From a virus (Duplodnaviria > Caudoviricetes), in IMG/VR virus record IMGVR_UViG_3300011339_000677, positions 1 to 35,961 of that record: 35,961 nt of DNA. One strand, given 5' to 3'. Below, piece by piece: positions 34,197 through 35,961 of the stretch. The position numbers were made by a program, and so were the translations under genes. Under the pieces are notes generated by a model. The model saw nothing but the letters and a program-made list of their open reading frames with translations, had not been told where the DNA came from and made no database searches. Within the stretch, counting starts at the first letter, position 1, and each line of letters opens with the position of its first letter.

Positions 34197-34302
34197 ATTT
34201 CTTCAATTTCTTCGCTGCACGATAGGCTTCACCGGCTTGGCTTCTGGTCATCTGGTACACACCAGTTCCATCGTTGATCATTCGTTTGGCCTGCTGGCTC
34301 AT
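34138..34302 (-). CDS. Small basic hypothetical protein
   Basis: 54 aa from MSQQAKR; ATGA-coupled to the resolvase. Confidence 0.55.
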   Translation of the reverse strand: MSQQAKRMINDGTGVYQMTRSQAGEAYRAAKKLKKYEISYWNRNKRNKQTQAGT

Positions 34303-34754
34303 CGACCACCCCCGGTTGCGTAGTGGAGAACCAGCAGTGCATCGCAGTTTTTTAGGGTCACATCGAGGTGCGGGTACAGTTCCTGCGCTTTGCTCTTGAG
34401 CTTGCGCTTCCACTCCGCGGAGTTGGCGCAGGAGCGTTTGCCACCGAGTCCAAGTGGATCCTGCCAGACCTTGGGCTCCACGCGGTGAAGAGCGTAACCA
34501 AGAGAGTAGGCCAGTCCTTGGATGATGCCGTAATTCTCATGCAGGGTGGCGACACTGGATGACGGGGTGAGCTTAGATACGAACTTCGGCACCTTCTCGA
34601 TCCACAGGTGGGAGTCGGCCACCTTGAATCCGAGGAGGAGTTGGTGCATGTCGGGTAGGGATTCCGGCATTGCGAACAGGAGGATCCCGTCCTTGGTGTG
34701 GATTGCGAATCCACCGTTCACGCCTGGGTCACAGGCTACTATTGTTTTGCTCAT
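34299..34754 (-). CDS. RuvC-like Holliday junction resolvase
   Basis: 151 aa; IVACDPG..GG.A, IEKV, NYG...G, V.P..WQ, A..L.P, DALL. Confidence 0.85.
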   Translation of the reverse strand: MSKTIVACDPGVNGGFAIHTKDGILLFAMPESLPDMHQLLLGFKVADSHLWIEKVPKFVSKLTPSSSVATLHENYGIIQGLAYSLGYALHRVEPKVWQDPLGLGGKRSCANSAEWKRKLKSKAQELYPHLDVTLKNCDALLVLHYATGGGR

Positions 34755-34857
34755 TTGCTTGGGACTTGATGGTTAGTTTATGGCCGACGAATACGCCGAT
34801 CAGGGTGAAGATTGGAAGCAGACAGGTGGTGGTGATCACGATTGCAACGGTGTTCAT
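34729..34857 (-). CDS. Small membrane peptide (not in ORF track)
   Basis: 42 aa MNTVAIVITTTCLLPIFTLIGVFVGHKLTIKSQANEQNNSSL; ATGA overlap with the helicase stop. Confidence 0.55.
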   Translation of the reverse strand: MNTVAIVITTTCLLPIFTLIGVFVGHKLTIKSQANEQNNSSL

Positions 34858-35961
34858 ACGATCGCGCATCCAAGTTCCTTGTAACACTTGATCCGCTTAG
34901 CGGCATGAGCCTGAGCGAGCGGATGGAAAGAGTCCTTGAAGTCGTGGATAAATGCTTGGTCCTTGCCGTCGGCCCGCCGCAGCGCACGGCTGGCCCGCTG
35001 GATCGTTTTCTGTGCGCTCCGGCCTCCGGAGACCATTACCAGTGTCTCGACGTTGGGCAGGTCAAGACCCTCATCGGCCAGCGAGGTGGCGATCATGGCC
35101 TTGATGTTGCCGGCCTTGAACTCCTCCATCGCCTCACGCCGCGCCTTCTTGGCCATCTTGGAGTAGACGAGCACGGCACCATCGATTGCTTTCGCGTACT
35201 CCTCCCCAAGGGTTACCCTGGGAACAAGAACGAGCGTGGGCGAATGACCACCGCAATTTGCGAACATGATCGCCGCGGCGTTGCGCTGTTTGTTCCCGAC
35301 GATACCGATCTCGGTGATCGCCTCCCAAGCGCACATAGCCCGAAGTTCCGGCTGGCTGATCCGCATGTACCGCTTGCGATCGGTGAAGAGCTTCTCGATG
35401 TAGTCATCGATCTTCCGCTGGATCAGGAAGTCACTGGCCGAACTTATGTACACGGTCGCGTGGGCCAGTACACCGGCTAGTTCATCCCGGCGGATCTCGA
35501 ACTGGTTGTTGCGAAAGAGGTTGCGAAGTATGGCGTTGCGCTCTGGATCGTCGCACCAAGGGGTGGCATCGAAGCCGAAGCGCAGGCCATTGCATGACTC
35601 AATAATTGCTCGAAGAACACGGGCAGGGCTGTGTTTTGATTCGTCAACTACTAAAAGATTCTTCTTGCTAAAGTCTACCGACTCATGCGGACAACGAATA
35701 TCCACAATGCCATCTGGAATCCCGGCGGCTCTCAACGATGCGCGAGCTTGCTCACATGTTTCGCGTGTTGGAGCTGTCCAACCAAACGACCAATCAGGAT
35801 GCAAGTGGTGATAGTGCTTGATGATGGATGAGGCGATGACGGTCTTGCCGCATCCAGCAGGTGCGATGATGAGTCCATCGCTGCTCTTGGCCCACTCGAC
35901 TGCTCTTTGTTGGTAGGGGCGAAGCAGAACGGCTTGCGTCGGAACGATTTCGGGATGATCT
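34854..35961 (-). CDS. SF2 (DExH-type) DNA helicase; 5' end lies across the junction (start at 250, 372 aa in total)
   Basis: Walker A APAGCGKT, VVDESKH, GFDATP, IATSLADEGLDLP, QRASRALR. Confidence 0.9.
   Translation of the reverse strand, partial: DHPEIVPTQAVLLRPYQQRAVEWAKSSDGLIIAPAGCGKTVIASSIIKHYHHLHPDWSFGWTAPTRETCEQARASLRAAGIPDGIVDIRCPHESVDFSKKNLLVVDESKHSPARVLRAIIESCNGLRFGFDATPWCDDPERNAILRNLFRNNQFEIRRDELAGVLAHATVYISSASDFLIQRKIDDYIEKLFTDRKRYMRISQPELRAMCAWEAITEIGIVGNKQRNAAAIMFANCGGHSPTLVLVPRVTLGEEYAKAIDGAVLVYSKMAKKARREAMEEFKAGNIKAMIATSLADEGLDLPNVETLVMVSGGRSAQKTIQRASRALRRADGKDQAFIHDFKDSFHPLAQAHAAKRIKCYKELGCAIV
35723..35961. repeat. Terminal direct repeat, right copy
   Basis: Matches 1-239 with 3 mismatches. 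Confidence 0.95.

Noticed and set aside
1-35961. Diversity-generating retroelement, tRNA genes, self-splicing introns or inteins, stop-codon recoding
   Set aside because: No reverse transcriptase motif, cloverleaf or interrupted core gene was seen; core genes are full length under the standard code and use all three stops. Checked by eye only.

Overview
The window appears to be a complete, circularly assembled genome of a tailed dsDNA phage (about 35,722 bp unique). Positions 1-239 are repeated at 35723-35961 with 3 mismatches, and joining the ends restores an intact SF2 helicase gene. Morphology is probably podovirus-like: terminase small and large subunits, portal, scaffold, N4-gp56-type major capsid protein, adaptor- and nozzle-like tail proteins, fibre-like proteins, a holin/spanin-like cluster and a block of putative ejection proteins all lie on the minus strand (2553-24601). 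A short plus-strand island (24730-27533) carries small accessory genes, a Cys-rich enzyme-like protein and an unusual metallophosphoesterase. A structured non-coding region at about 27.8 kb is a good candidate replication origin. A long minus-strand replication/recombination operon runs from an Xis-like HTH gene (2500) through RecT-like, RecE-like, SSB-like, helicase and RuvC-like genes, an array of small translationally coupled genes and a primase-helicase (ending at 27944). I recognised no integrase, DNA polymerase, endolysin, tRNA or CRISPR array. The most interesting signals are the mini-gene array joined by repeated RBS/stop/start linkers, an HTH fused to an RNA polymerase alpha-CTD-like domain, a Cys-initiated C-terminal module on an ejection-type protein, and a phosphoesterase with Cys in place of the first metal-binding Asp. 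All family assignments come from motif recognition by eye; no database searches were run.
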